DNA of 64,000 nucleotides, from assembly GCA_963717575.1 (NCBI GenBank), contig CAVQWK010000034.1, positions 30,300 to 94,299 on the forward strand. The letters are read 5' to 3'. Numbering within the stretch: position 1 is the first letter of the stretch; every line of letters begins with the position of its first letter. The notes beneath the pieces were generated by a model, which worked only from the letters and a program-made list of their open reading frames with translations, was not told where the DNA came from and made no database searches. Positions 43,585-55,366 of this stretch are shown here, piece after piece. The stretch comes from an uncultured beta proteobacterium. Lineage in GTDB: Bacteria > Pseudomonadota > Gammaproteobacteria > Burkholderiales > Burkholderiaceae_C. The translations under genes and the position numbers were made by a program.

Positions 43585-44842
43585 GTGAGTTCCCTTGCAG
43601 CCGCTGCGGCTGCTGCAGCCAATCGCGCAGGCGGGTCAGGAAGAGCGCACCGCGGTGGCCGTCGCTGACGCGGTGGTCGGCGGCCAGGCTGGCGGTGAGC
43701 ACCGGCATCACGGTGACCTGGCCGCCTTCGACCCAGGCCCGTTCGGCGACGCGGCCGAAGCCCACCAACGCCACCTGGGGCGGATAGATGACCCCATAGA
43801 CGGCCTCCACCCCCTGGTCGCCCAGGTTGGTGACGGTGATCGTGGGATCCGACATCTCCGAACTGCGCAGGCTGCCGGCGCGGGCGCGGCGCACCAGGTC
43901 GCCGAGTTCGCGCATCAGCAGGTCCAGCGGCTTGTCGGCCACGTCATGCAGGGCCGGCGCCACCAGCCCGCCCGTGCGCAGGGAAATGGCCACGCCCACA
44001 TGCACCGCGGGTGCCGGCCGGAAGCCGCCGTCGATGAAATAGCCGTTGACTTCGGGCACCTCGCGCGCGGCCAGCGCAACGGCCTTGAGCAACAGCACCG
44101 CCGGCAACAGGCGCTCGGTGACGGGACGCGTGGCGTTGGTTTCGCGCATCCAGTCGAGCGCGGCACGCATCGGCACGCTCTCGGCAAGCTGGTAGTGCGG
44201 GATCTCGCGCTTGGAGCGCGTCATCGCGGCGGCGATGGCGCGGCGCATCTCGAGCGCGCGCTCCACGGGGGTTGCTGCCGTGGCCCCGGTCGAGACGGCC
44301 GGTGCAGGCGCCACGCCGGGCGGGCGGCGCGCGCTGGGCGGGGCCGTGCGCGCTCCACGTCGGCCAGTGTCACCGCGCCCTCGGGCCCGCCGCCGGCCAG
44401 GCCGTCCAGGGTCACCCCGAGCTCGGCCGCACGCCGGCGCGCCGCCGGCGTGACGCGCGGGCGCGTCGCGCCAGTGGCCGGGACGGCAGCGCCGATGGCG
44501 GGCACCCCTGCCACCGCCGCCGGGCCGCCGGTGCCGGTGCGCCTGCGCCGGCAGCCTCGGCTGCGGCTGGGCCGGGATCGCGACCCGCTCGTCCGGTGCG
44601 ATCTCGCCCGGCGCCAGCAGCGTGGCCATCACCGCGCCCACGGGAAGCGTCTGGCCGATCTCGGCGAGGAGGCGGTGCACCGTGCCATCGGCCCAGATCT
44701 CCACGTCGACCGCCGCCTTGCTGGTGTCGACGACGGCGACCACGTCGCCCTTCTTCACCGCCTGGCCGGGCCGGATGCGCCACTCGACGAGTTTGCCCTG
44801 GTCCATGTCGGAGCCCAGTGACGGCAGGCGAAATTCGATCAT
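43571..44842 (-). CDS. pdhC: Dihydrolipoamide acyltransferase E2, frameshifts near 44540 and 44350
   Basis: Lipoyl domain (LPSLGSDM...TSKA), PSBD TPAARRRAAELGV, SKREIPHY, TVTNLG, ADHRVSDG. Confidence 0.88.
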   Translation of the reverse strand: MIEFRLPSLGSDMDQGKLVEWRIRPGQAVKKGDVVAVVDTSKAAVDVEIWADGTVHRLLAEIGQTLPVGAVMATLLAPGEIAPDERVAIPAQPQPRLPAQAHRHRRPGGGGRGARHRRCRPGHWRDAPARHAGGAPACGRARGDPGRPGRRRARGRGDTGRRGARTAPPSARRPPGVAPAPAVSTGATAATPVERALEMRRAIAAAMTRSKREIPHYQLAESVPMRAALDWMRETNATRPVTERLLPAVLLLKAVALAAREVPEVNGYFIDGGFRPAPAVHVGVAISLRTGGLVAPALHDVADKPLDLLMRELGDLVRRARAGSLRSSEMSDPTITVTNLGDQGVEAVYGVIYPPQVALVGFGRVAERAWVEGGQVTVMPVLTASLAADHRVSDGHRGALFLTRLRDWLQQPQRLQGNSHERS

Positions 44843-44903
44843 CGTGCCGTTCCGTCGTGGGCCATGCCTGTGCTCGTCTGCCTCGGGGCCGCTGCCTGCG
44901 CGA

Positions 44904-45887
44904 TCAAGCCTGGCGCCCGAGCAGCGCACGGGCCGCGGCGACGATGCGCGGCGGCAGTGGCAGCGCGGCGTCTTCCAGGTGCTTGGCATAGGGCATCGGC
45001 ACCTCGGCGGAGCAGACCCGTGCCGGCGCGGCATCGAGCTCGTAGAACGCCTCCTCGGCGACGCGGGCCAGCACCTCGGCGGCAAGGCTGCCGCTGCACC
45101 AGGCTTCGTCGACCACCAGCACGCGGCGTGTCTTGCGCACCGAAGCCAGCACGCTGGCCGCGTCGAGCGGGCGCAGCACGCGCAGGTCGATCACCTCGGC
45201 ATCGATGCCGTCCGCGGCCAGCAGGCGCGCCGCCTCCAGCGCGCGCGGCAGCGAGCCGCCGTAGGTGACCATCGTGAGGTCGCGCCCGGGTCGGCGCACG
45301 GCGGCCGTGGCGATGTCCACCTGCGGCGCCGGGTCGGCGAGTTCGCCCTCGAGGTTGTAGAGCTGCGCATGCTCGAAGATCAGCACCGGGTCGGGATCCT
45401 GCAGCGCCGGCCACAACATGCCGCGCGCGTCATCCAGCGTCGCCGGCGCCAGCACGCGCAAGCCCGGCACGTGCGCATACCAGCCCTCCAGGCTGTGCGA
45501 ATGCTGCGCCGCCAGCTGCCGCCCGGCGCCGGTGGCCATGCGGATCACCACCGGCACCCCGAACTGCCCGCCCGACATGTGGCGGTACAGCGCGGCGGTG
45601 TTGACGATCGGGTCCAGCGCCAGCAGGCTGAAGTTGACGGTCATGATCTCGACGATCGGCCGCATCCCGCCCAGCGCCGCCCCGATGCCGGCACCGACGA
45701 AGCCCAGTTCCGACAGCGGCGTGTCGCGGATGCGCTCTTCGCCGAACTCGGCCAGCAGGCCCTTGCTGACGGCATAGCTGCCGCCGTAGCGGCCGACGTC
45801 CTCGCCCATCAGGAAGACACGCGGGTCGCGCTGCAGCGCCTCGCGGTGGGCTTCACGCAGGGCTTCGCGGTAGGTGGTGAGGGCCAT
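44904..45887 (-). CDS. pdhB: 2-oxoacid dehydrogenase E1 beta subunit
   Basis: [34 protein letters not shown]. Confidence 0.92.
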   Translation of the reverse strand: MALTTYREALREAHREALQRDPRVFLMGEDVGRYGGSYAVSKGLLAEFGEERIRDTPLSELGFVGAGIGAALGGMRPIVEIMTVNFSLLALDPIVNTAALYRHMSGGQFGVPVVIRMATGAGRQLAAQHSHSLEGWYAHVPGLRVLAPATLDDARGMLWPALQDPDPVLIFEHAQLYNLEGELADPAPQVDIATAAVRRPGRDLTMVTYGGSLPRALEAARLLAADGIDAEVIDLRVLRPLDAASVLASVRKTRRVLVVDEAWCSGSLAAEVLARVAEEAFYELDAAPARVCSAEVPMPYAKHLEDAALPLPPRIVAAARALLGRQA

Positions 45888-45898
45888 GGTCGTTTCCG

Positions 45899-46902
45899 TC
45901 AGCTTGCCGCCACCACGTCGCGCAGCAGGTCCTCCACCGGCTCCCAGGTGCCGGTCTCGGCAAACTGCACCGCGGCATCGACCTCGGCCAGCGCCTCGCG
46001 GTCGATGGTTTCGAAGTCGGCCTCGGACATCATGCCGGCCTCCTTGAGGCGGTCGGTGAAGGTGTGGATGGGGCCGTGCTGCTTCCAGCGCTCGACCTCG
46101 GCCTTGTCGCGGTACAACTCGGCATCGAACATCGAATGCGCGCGGAAGCGATAGGTGTGCAACTCCAGGAAGAACGGCGCCTGCGTCTGCCGTACCTGCG
46201 CCACCGCCTCGCGTGCCGCATCGGACACCGCGAGGACGTTCATGCCGTTGATGTGGGCCGTCGCGATGCCATAGGCCGCCGCCTTGGTCGTCAGGTCGAT
46301 GCTGGACTGGGAGCGCGCGAGCGCCGTGCCCATGGCGTAGAGGTTGTTCTCGCAGATGAAGAGGACCGGCACGCGCCACAACGCGGCCAGGTTGAGCGAC
46401 TCGTGGAACGCGCCTTCGGCCACCGCGCCCTCGCCGAAGAAGCAGGCCGTGATGCAGCCGTTGCGCCTGGCCATGCGGTCGGCCAGCGCCAGGCCCGTTG
46501 CCAGCGGCAGCCCACCACCGACGATGGCATTGCCGCCGAAGAAGCGGGTGGCGCGGTCGAACAGGTGCATGGAGCCGCCGCGCCCGCGCGAGCAGCCTTC
46601 GCGCTTGCCGAACATCTCGGCCATGATCGCGTTCATGGCCACGCCGCGCAGCAGCGCGTGGCCGTGCTCGCGGTAGGTGGCCACCACGTTGTCGGACGGC
46701 TGCAGGTGCGGCATCACGCCGGCGGCCACCGCCTCTTCGCCGACGACCAGGTGCAGGAAGCCGCGGATCTTCTGCTCGCCATAGAGCTGCGCGCAACGCT
46801 CTTCGAGGCGGCGGATGCGGACCATGTCGCGCACGCGCGCCAGGCAGAAACTGCGCCCGTAATGGGTCACGTCGAACGTGACTTCGATGCCTTGCGATGC
46901 CG

Positions 46903-46906
<4 letters not shown>
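45899..46906 (-). CDS. pdhA: Pyruvate dehydrogenase E1 alpha subunit
   Basis: IRGFLHL..GEEA, TYREH, GRGGSMH, FGEGA...ENNLYAMGT (TPP motif), YRFRAHSM. Confidence 0.92.
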
Positions 46907-48678
<1,772 letters not shown>

Positions 48679-48713
48679 GACTCAGTGACCCGCGCCCGCC
48701 GGTGCGCCCGGCG

Positions 48714-49394
48714 TCATGGCGGCTCGGCCGCCGTCGGGCCTGGCGGCGGCGCGGCGGCCAGCGCGGCCAGCACCTCGTCGTCGGGCACCTGGTGGAAGTC
48801 GCCGTAATGCAGCCCGATGGCGTGGAAGGGCTCGGGCTGCGCCAGGCAGACTACCTCGTCGGCCTCCTCGCGCAGCGCCGCCACCGTGTCGGCCGGCGCC
48901 ACCGGCACCGCCAGCACCAGGCGTGCCGGGTGACGACGCCGCAGCGCCTTGATGGCGGCACGGATGGTGGTGCCGGTGGCCACGCCGTCGTCGACGACGA
49001 TGACGGTGGCGCCCTTCACGGGCACCGGTGTGCGGCCGCGCAGATAGACCTCGCGCCGGCGCGCGATCTCGCGCAACTCGTGGCTTGCCTGCGTCTGGAT
49101 GTAGTCCTGGTTCACGCCGGACATCCGGCTCGTGAATTCATCGACCACGATGTCCGGCGGGTCGCCGTCCACCACGGCCGCCACCGCCAGTTCGGGTTGC
49201 CACGGGGCGCCGATCTTGCGCACCAGAAGAAGGTCCAGCGGTGCGCCGAGCGCGCGTGCGACCTCGGCCGCCACGGGCACGCCGCCGCGCGGCAGCGCCA
49301 GCACGACCACCGGCGGCGGGATCGCCATGGCCACGAGCCGCCGCGCGAGCGCGCGACCGGCCTCGGTGCGGTTGGCAAAGGCCTTGCTGCTCAT
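48714..49394 (-). CDS. Phosphoribosyltransferase (Rv0571c/Rv2143-like); may start at 49454 with a repeat-derived extension
   Basis: F.NRTEAGR.LA, LALPRGGVPVA, VRKIGAP, VVDDGVATG, Y.DF.QV.DDEV. Confidence 0.9.
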   Translation of the reverse strand: MSSKAFANRTEAGRALARRLVAMAIPPPVVVLALPRGGVPVAAEVARALGAPLDLLLVRKIGAPWQPELAVAAVVDGDPPDIVVDEFTSRMSGVNQDYIQTQASHELREIARRREVYLRGRTPVPVKGATVIVVDDGVATGTTIRAAIKALRRRHPARLVLAVPVAPADTVAALREEADEVVCLAQPEPFHAIGLHYGDFHQVPDDEVLAALAAAPPPGPTAAEPP

Positions 49395-49454
49395 CGAGGC
49401 GCCTTCGTGCTGCGCACTCCGGTATTCGCTCTTCGGACGGCCGGGCGGGCTCAT
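49394..49454 (-). repeat. 60-bp element bounded by ATGAGC direct repeats, homologous to 4692-4751
   Basis: ATGAGCCCGCCCGGCCGTCCGAAGAGCGAATACCGGAGTGCGCAGCACGAAGG versus GTGAGCCCGCCCGGCCGCCCGAAG-GCGAATACCGGAGTGCGCAGCACGAAGG. Confidence 0.85.
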
Positions 49455-50095
49455 GCCGGCCCCCGCGCGTGCAGGTGCGTGGCGAACCATTCGCCAGCCA
49501 GGTGGGCCACGGTTTCGAGTGCGCCGGGTTCCTCGAACAGGTGCGTGGCGCCGGGCACCACTTCGAGCCGGGCATGGCAGTGCAGCGCTCGCATCGCGCC
49601 CTGGTTCAGGCGCAACACCTCGGTGTCGCGACCGCCCACGATGAGCAGGGTCGGCGCCTGCACGTTTTCCAACTCGGCGGCCGCCAGGTCGGGCCGACCG
49701 CCACGGGACACGACGGCATCGACCCAGCCGGGGTGCCGCCCTGCCGCATGCAGTGCCGCCGCTGCGCCGGTGCTGGCACCGAAGAGCCCGATTCGCAGCG
49801 ACGGCGCGTCTTCCTGCGCGCGCAACCATGCCAGCGCCTCGCTCAGGCGCTGGCCGAGCAGGTCGATGTCGAAGGCATTGCGGCGCTCCGGCGCCTCGGT
49901 GTCGGTGAGCAGGTCGAACAGCAGTGTCGACAGCCGGTACTCGTGCATCACCTCGGCCACGTAGCGGTTGCGGGGGCTGCTGCGGCTGCTGCCGCTGCCG
50001 TGTGCGAAGACCACCACGCCCATCGCCTGTGGCACTTGCACCCATTCACCCGGTAGGCCGCGCGGCCCCACCCTTACTTCCTGTGCATCGATCAT
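49451..50095 (-). CDS. Dienelactone hydrolase-like alpha/beta hydrolase
   Basis: FAHGSGSSRSSPRN, GLFGASTGAA, VSRGGRPDLA, GATHLFEEPG; start approximate. Confidence 0.88.
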   Translation of the reverse strand: MIDAQEVRVGPRGLPGEWVQVPQAMGVVVFAHGSGSSRSSPRNRYVAEVMHEYRLSTLLFDLLTDTEAPERRNAFDIDLLGQRLSEALAWLRAQEDAPSLRIGLFGASTGAAAALHAAGRHPGWVDAVVSRGGRPDLAAAELENVQAPTLLIVGGRDTEVLRLNQGAMRALHCHARLEVVPGATHLFEEPGALETVAHLAGEWFATHLHARGPA

Positions 50096-50176
50096 GGTGA
50101 TCACTTACGGCCCTCCCCCACACAACCGCCCGCTTCCGACGTTCTCGCCATGGTGCGAACGCGCCGGCGAAATGGA

Positions 50177-50190
50177 TTGAGATCTCGCAA
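50177..50190. promoter_or_regulatory. FNR-like box between the hydrolase operon and the crp/fnr gene
   Basis: TTGAG-ATCT-CGCAA. Confidence 0.7.
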
Positions 50191-50389
50191 ATCCGGGCCA
50201 AGCGGCACCGTTAAACCCGCGCCAGTGCACAAGCATTCGGAAATTTCCGAACGCGGCTTGGGAATCCGCGCATCGACACCGGAACGTGTCCGACGCCACC
50301 GAGGCCGTGCCGCCGATTGCCTACGCCGCAGTCCTGCGCAATCCTTGTAACCGGCTGGAAGCCTTCCAGCATTTGAGACGGGAAGCATC

Positions 50390-51163
50390 ATGCATGGCAA
50401 CGTCACCCCCCTGGACATGTGCGAGGCGAAGTTGGCGAGCAGTCTGCAGTGCACGGCGTCGGACGTGCTGCGCTGGGCCGGCATGCCGGGGCATGCCAGC
50501 GCCGAAACCGACGCCGTGCGGTTCAGTCTGCGCCGCCTTCATGCCGAGCACACGCTGGTGCACGAGGGCCAGCTCTTCGAGAACCTGCACCTGGTGATCG
50601 CGGGCAGCTTCAAGGATGTGCAGACCGATATCGAGGGCTATGAACAGGTGCTCGGGTTTGCGATCCACGGCGACATCCTGGGCCTGGACGGCCTGGGCCG
50701 CGAACGGCACGCCAGCGGCGCGGTGGCGCTGGAGGATTCCACCGTGGTGGTGATGCCGTTTGCAGAGTTGCGGGCGCTGTGCCACCGCCTGCCGGCGCTG
50801 GAGCAGATGCTGCACCAGGCGACCGGTACCGAACTGCTGCGCCGCGCCGATACGCAGTACCTGATGTCGGCACCCAGTTCAGAGGTGCGCGTGGCGCGCT
50901 TCGTGCTGCAACTCGCGCAGCGGCAGCGGGCGCTGGGTCATTCGGACCGGCGCCTGCGGCTGTTCATGACCCGTCGCGACATCGCCAGCTACCTCGGCGT
51001 GGCCCACGAGACCGTGAGCCGGGCACTGACCACCCTGGTGCATGACGGCTGCCTCGGGGTCTCGCACCGCGACATCGAGATCCTCGACGAGGCGGCGCTG
51101 CACGAGTTGCAGCGCATGACGCGGGGCCGCCCGGCGCACAACGGACACGTGCTCGCAGCCTGA
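50390..51163 (+). CDS. Crp/Fnr family regulator (FixK/Fnr-like)
   Basis: EQVLGF...GDILGLDG, AVALEDS, MTRRDIASYLGVAHETVSR recognition helix; no full FNR Cys cluster seen. Confidence 0.92.
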   Translation: MHGNVTPLDMCEAKLASSLQCTASDVLRWAGMPGHASAETDAVRFSLRRLHAEHTLVHEGQLFENLHLVIAGSFKDVQTDIEGYEQVLGFAIHGDILGLDGLGRERHASGAVALEDSTVVVMPFAELRALCHRLPALEQMLHQATGTELLRRADTQYLMSAPSSEVRVARFVLQLAQRQRALGHSDRRLRLFMTRRDIASYLGVAHETVSRALTTLVHDGCLGVSHRDIEILDEAALHELQRMTRGRPAHNGHVLAA

Positions 51164-51176
51164 ACGGCCGGTCCAC

Positions 51177-51707
51177 CTAGCGCTGCCGCGCGGTGGCCGG
51201 GTTGCGCTTCACCGCAGCCAGGATGCCGCGCAGGATGTCGATCGGAGGTGGCGGGCAGCCGGGCACGCTGACGTCCACCGGGATCACGTTGGCCACCCTG
51301 CCGCAACTGGCGTAGCTCTCGCCGAAGATGCCGCCGTCGCGCCCGCAGTCCCCCACCGCCACCACGAGCCTGGGCTCCGGCGTGGCGTCGTAGGTGCGGC
51401 GCAGCGCCTCTTCCATGTGGCGCGACACCGGCCCGGTGACCAGCAGCATGTCGGCGTGGCGCGGGCTGGCCACGAACCGGATGCCCAGGCCCTCGATGTT
51501 GTAGTAGGGGTTGTTGAGCGCGTTGATCTCGAGCTCGCAACCGTTGCACGAGCCGGCATCGACCTCGCGGATCGTCAGCGCCTGGCCGAGGATGGCCAGC
51601 AGGTCGTCATGGACGCGCCGCGCCTCGGCCAGCACGGTCGCGTCGACGGTCGGCGGCGCCTCGGTCACGATGCCGGTGCGCGCGATCTGGTGGAGGATGC
51701 GCCACAT
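51177..51707 (-). CDS. hyfI: NuoB/HyfI-like Fe-S small subunit
   Basis: DAGSCNGCELE, SPRHAD.LLVTG, GDC, PGCPP. Confidence 0.9.
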   Translation of the reverse strand: MWRILHQIARTGIVTEAPPTVDATVLAEARRVHDDLLAILGQALTIREVDAGSCNGCELEINALNNPYYNIEGLGIRFVASPRHADMLLVTGPVSRHMEEALRRTYDATPEPRLVVAVGDCGRDGGIFGESYASCGRVANVIPVDVSVPGCPPPPIDILRGILAAVKRNPATARQR

Positions 51708-53236
51708 CAGAGGTCGTGTCCTGAATAGCTGAGGTTGAAGGATTTGTTGATGAGCGGAAAGTCCGGCACGATGTTGCCGATCACGGCATGCTCCAGCACC
51801 GGCCAGTTCTGCCACGACGGGTCGTGGCAATGGCAGCGCGCGATGCCTCCGTCGGCGCCCAGTTCGAGCGCCACCAGCACCTCGCCGCGCCAGCCTTCCA
51901 CCCACCCCGCGCCCCGGGACGGGCCCGCGGGAACCCGGGGTTCGCAGCGGACCTCGCCGGAGGGCAAGCCGGCACACATCTCGCGAATCAGGCGCAGCGA
52001 CTCGAACACTTCGTCGAAGCGCACCGCCACGCGCGCCGCCACGTCGCCCCCCTGCTGCGTCGCGATGCGCGCCTGCAGCCGCCGATAGGGCTGCCAGGGG
52101 TGGTCGCAGCGCAGGTCGGTGGCCAGGCCGCTGGCGCGGCCGGCCATGCCCGTCAGCCCGAGGCGGCCAGCCAGTTCGGGCGTCACGCGTCCCGTGGTCA
52201 TGAAACGGTCCTGAAGCCCGGCGTGCTCGTCGTAGATCCGACGCAGTCGCCGCACCTCCCGTTCGACATCGTCGCATTGGCGGCGCTGGGCGTCGCGCAG
52301 CGCGGTGGACAGGTCCGACGCCACGCCCCCCGGCACCACCACGTCCATCATCAGGCGGTGGCCGAATGCTTCGCTGGACAGGCGCTGCCAGTCTTCACGC
52401 AGTCGGGAGAACTGTGCCAATCCGAACGCCAGCGCCGCGTCGTTGCCCAGGGCGCCGAGGTCACCGAGATGGTTGGCCACGCGCTCGCGTTCGAGTAGCA
52501 GGGCGCGCAGCCATTCGGCACGTTCGGGTATCGGGCCCTCGCAGGCCGACTCCAGGGCCATGCAATAGGCCCAGGCGTAGGCCACCGTGGAGTCCCCCGA
52601 GACGCGCCCCGCCAACCGGTGCGCCTGCAGCGGCGCCAGTTCGGTGAAGCGCCGCTCGATGCCCTTGTGCTTGTAGCCCAGGCGCTCTTCCAGACGCAAC
52701 ACCTTCTCGCCCACCACCGAGAAGCGGAAGTGGCCCGGCTCGATGATGCCGGCATGCACCGGGCCGACCGGAATCTCGTGCACGCCGTCGCCTTCGACGC
52801 GGACGAAGGCGTAGTCGGCCGGCAGCGTGCCCGCGCCGGCTCCGCAAGGCATCGCGCCGCGCGCCAGCGGCGGCAAGGCTGAGACCCACATCCCGTGATC
52901 CAGCCAAGGGCGTCGATCGCTCGCCCCGTCGGCGTGCCAGCCACCGAGATCGGCCATCGCGCGTTGCAGGCGCCCGGCGCAGGCGAACGTGGACGACAGG
53001 TCGGGGTAGCTGTCCTGGTTGCTCGACAAGGGCAACTCGGCCCACACCAGGCCGCCGGCCGCGGCGAAGGCGGCGCAGACGGACCGGTCCGCGCCCCACA
53101 TCGACACCAGGCGTCCGGATGCGCCCACCGTGTCGCGCGCCAGTGCAGACCATGCGGCCCGGTCCACGGGGGCATGCCACACCGGCAGCGGCGCCGGCAG
53201 GCGCCGCAGCGTGAGGTCGAGGTCGGCCAGCGTCAT
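51707..53236 (-). CDS. hyfG: NuoC/D-like HyfG/HycE-type large subunit lacking NiFe ligands (Ehr)
   Basis: VGPVHAGIIEPGHFRF, LGYKHKG, VEGWRGE, DPSWQNW; RVSGDS and KSFNLSYSGHDL replace the CxxC motifs. Confidence 0.88.
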   Translation of the reverse strand: MTLADLDLTLRRLPAPLPVWHAPVDRAAWSALARDTVGASGRLVSMWGADRSVCAAFAAAGGLVWAELPLSSNQDSYPDLSSTFACAGRLQRAMADLGGWHADGASDRRPWLDHGMWVSALPPLARGAMPCGAGAGTLPADYAFVRVEGDGVHEIPVGPVHAGIIEPGHFRFSVVGEKVLRLEERLGYKHKGIERRFTELAPLQAHRLAGRVSGDSTVAYAWAYCMALESACEGPIPERAEWLRALLLERERVANHLGDLGALGNDAALAFGLAQFSRLREDWQRLSSEAFGHRLMMDVVVPGGVASDLSTALRDAQRRQCDDVEREVRRLRRIYDEHAGLQDRFMTTGRVTPELAGRLGLTGMAGRASGLATDLRCDHPWQPYRRLQARIATQQGGDVAARVAVRFDEVFESLRLIREMCAGLPSGEVRCEPRVPAGPSRGAGWVEGWRGEVLVALELGADGGIARCHCHDPSWQNWPVLEHAVIGNIVPDFPLINKSFNLSYSGHDL

Positions 53237-53240
53237 GCCT

Positions 53241-54707
53241 TCAATGCCCCAGCATCGCCGCCGCCTGGCGGTACCAGGCGTCCAGGTAGGGCGGGATGTA
53301 CAGGCCCAGCATCAACCCCAAGCCCAGGTGCACGAACACCGGGATCAGCGCCGGCGGATGGGCCAGCGGCTTGAGCGTGGTCTCGCCGAACACCATCGGC
53401 TGGACCCGGCTGAACACCGAGGCGAAGGCGATGCCCAATGCGACCAGCAGGAAGGGCGCGGCCCAGGGCTGTTCGCGCATGGCCGTCGTGACGATCAGGA
53501 ACTCGCTGGCGAAGACGCCGAACGGCGGCATGCCCAGGATCGCGAGCGCGCCCAGCATGAGACCCCAGCCCACCGTCGGGCTGACGCGGATGAGGCCACG
53601 GATTTCATCCATGATCTGCGTGCCCGCCTTCTGGGTCGCGTGGCCCACGGCAAAGAAGATGGCGGACTTGATGAGCGAATGCACGGTCATGTGCAGGAGC
53701 CCGGCAAAGCTGGCGATGGGCCCGCCCATGCCGAAGGCGAAGGTGATCATCCCCATGTGTTCGATGGACGAGTAGGCGAACATGCGCTTCACGTCCCTCT
53801 GGCGGATGATGAAGAAGACCGCGGCCACCACGGACAGCAGCCCGAAGCCCATCATCAGCCGGCCCGACAGCTGGCTGTTGCCCAGGGCACCATCGGTCAG
53901 AACCTTGCAGCGCAGCACCGCGTACAGCGCCACGTTCAGCAGCAGGCCCGAGAGCACGGCCGACACCGGCGTGGGGCCCTCCGCGTGTGCGTCGGGCAGC
54001 CAGTTGTGCACCGGCACCAGGCCCACCTTGGTGCCGTAGCCGATGAACAGGAACGCGAAGGCGAGCGTGATGATGTTGGGGTCGAGCTGCGCCTTCACCG
54101 CGTCCAGGTTGGTCCACAGCAACGCACCGCCCTCGGGGCCGATGACCTTCTCCGCAGCCATGTACAACAGCACCGTGCCGAACAGCGCCTGCGCGATGCC
54201 CACGCCGCACAGGATGAAGTATTTCCAGGCCGCCTCCAGGCTGGCCGCCGTGCGGTACACGCTGACCAGCAGCACGGTGGTGAGCGTGGCCGCCTCCATC
54301 GCCACCCAGACGATGCCCAGGTTGTTGGTGGTCAGCGCCAGCAGCATCGTGAAGGTGAAGAGCTGGTACATGCTGTGGTACAGGCGCAGCCGCGGCGGCG
54401 TCATCTTGCCGTGGTCGCGCTCCACGCGCATGTAGGGGCGCGAGAAGATCGAGGTCGTCAACCCGACGAAGGCCGTCAGCGCGACGAGGAAGACGTTCAG
54501 CGCATCGATGTAGAACTCGCGGTCCCACACGAGCATCGGGCCGCTGTCGATCACGCGCACGGTCAGCACGCAGGCGGCAATGAAAGTGCCCAGGCTGAAG
54601 GCGACGTTGACGTCGCGCGCGTCGTCGCGGTGGCCCACGAGCCCGAGCACGACCCCTCCCACGAGCGGGATGCCGAGCAGACAGGCGAGTGCGCTGAAGT
54701 CAGTCAT
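53241..54707 (-). CDS. hyfF: Hydrogenase-4 subunit F-like antiporter subunit
   Basis: WVAMEAATL, EAAWKY, GYGTKVGL.PVHNWLPDAHAEGPTP, KRMFAYSSIEH. Confidence 0.92.
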   Translation of the reverse strand: MTDFSALACLLGIPLVGGVVLGLVGHRDDARDVNVAFSLGTFIAACVLTVRVIDSGPMLVWDREFYIDALNVFLVALTAFVGLTTSIFSRPYMRVERDHGKMTPPRLRLYHSMYQLFTFTMLLALTTNNLGIVWVAMEAATLTTVLLVSVYRTAASLEAAWKYFILCGVGIAQALFGTVLLYMAAEKVIGPEGGALLWTNLDAVKAQLDPNIITLAFAFLFIGYGTKVGLVPVHNWLPDAHAEGPTPVSAVLSGLLLNVALYAVLRCKVLTDGALGNSQLSGRLMMGFGLLSVVAAVFFIIRQRDVKRMFAYSSIEHMGMITFAFGMGGPIASFAGLLHMTVHSLIKSAIFFAVGHATQKAGTQIMDEIRGLIRVSPTVGWGLMLGALAILGMPPFGVFASEFLIVTTAMREQPWAAPFLLVALGIAFASVFSRVQPMVFGETTLKPLAHPPALIPVFVHLGLGLMLGLYIPPYLDAWYRQAAAMLGH

Positions 54708-55359
54708 CCTTCAGCTGCTCCAGGTGGCGGATGTCCAGGCTGTCGAACTGCTCCCGGATCTGGAACATGAACACGCCCAGGATGAGCACGCCGATCAGCA
54801 CGTCCAGCGCGATGCCGAGTTCCACCACCATCGGCATGCCGTAGGTGGCCGACGTGGCGGCGAAGAACAAGCCGTTCTCCATCGCCAGGAAGCCGATCAC
54901 CTGCGGCACCGCCTTGGCGCGGGTGATCATCATCAGGAACGACAGCAGCACGCAGGCCAGCGCGATGCCCAGCGTGCCGCTGGCCAGCGTCGACGACAGC
55001 TGCGAGATCGGCAGCGCCAGGTTGAAGGCGAAGATCACGACGCCGATGCCGATCAACATCGTCGTCGGGATGTTGATCAGCGTCTCCACGTCCCAGCGGA
55101 TCTGCAGGCGGTCGATCACGCGGTGCAGCAGCCAGGGGATCAGCAGCACCTTGAGTGCGAAGGTGACGCCCGCGGACACGTACAGGTGCGGCTGCTTCGT
55201 CACGTAGCCGACGACGCTGGTCGCCAGCACCAGCGTCGCACCCTGCATCGTGAAGAGGTTGATCAACGAGAGGACACGCCGCTGCGAGATCATCGCGAAG
55301 GCGAGGATCAGCAGCAATGCGCCGAGGAGGTTCACGAACTGGGTCAGCAGCGCGGTCAT
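54700..55359 (-). CDS. hyfE: Hydrogenase-4 subunit E-like membrane protein
   Basis: KVLLIPWLL, QVIGFLAMENG, VELGIALD. Confidence 0.9.
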   Translation of the reverse strand: MTALLTQFVNLLGALLLILAFAMISQRRVLSLINLFTMQGATLVLATSVVGYVTKQPHLYVSAGVTFALKVLLIPWLLHRVIDRLQIRWDVETLINIPTTMLIGIGVVIFAFNLALPISQLSSTLASGTLGIALACVLLSFLMMITRAKAVPQVIGFLAMENGLFFAATSATYGMPMVVELGIALDVLIGVLILGVFMFQIREQFDSLDIRHLEQLKDD

Positions 55360-55366
55360 CTCGTCC

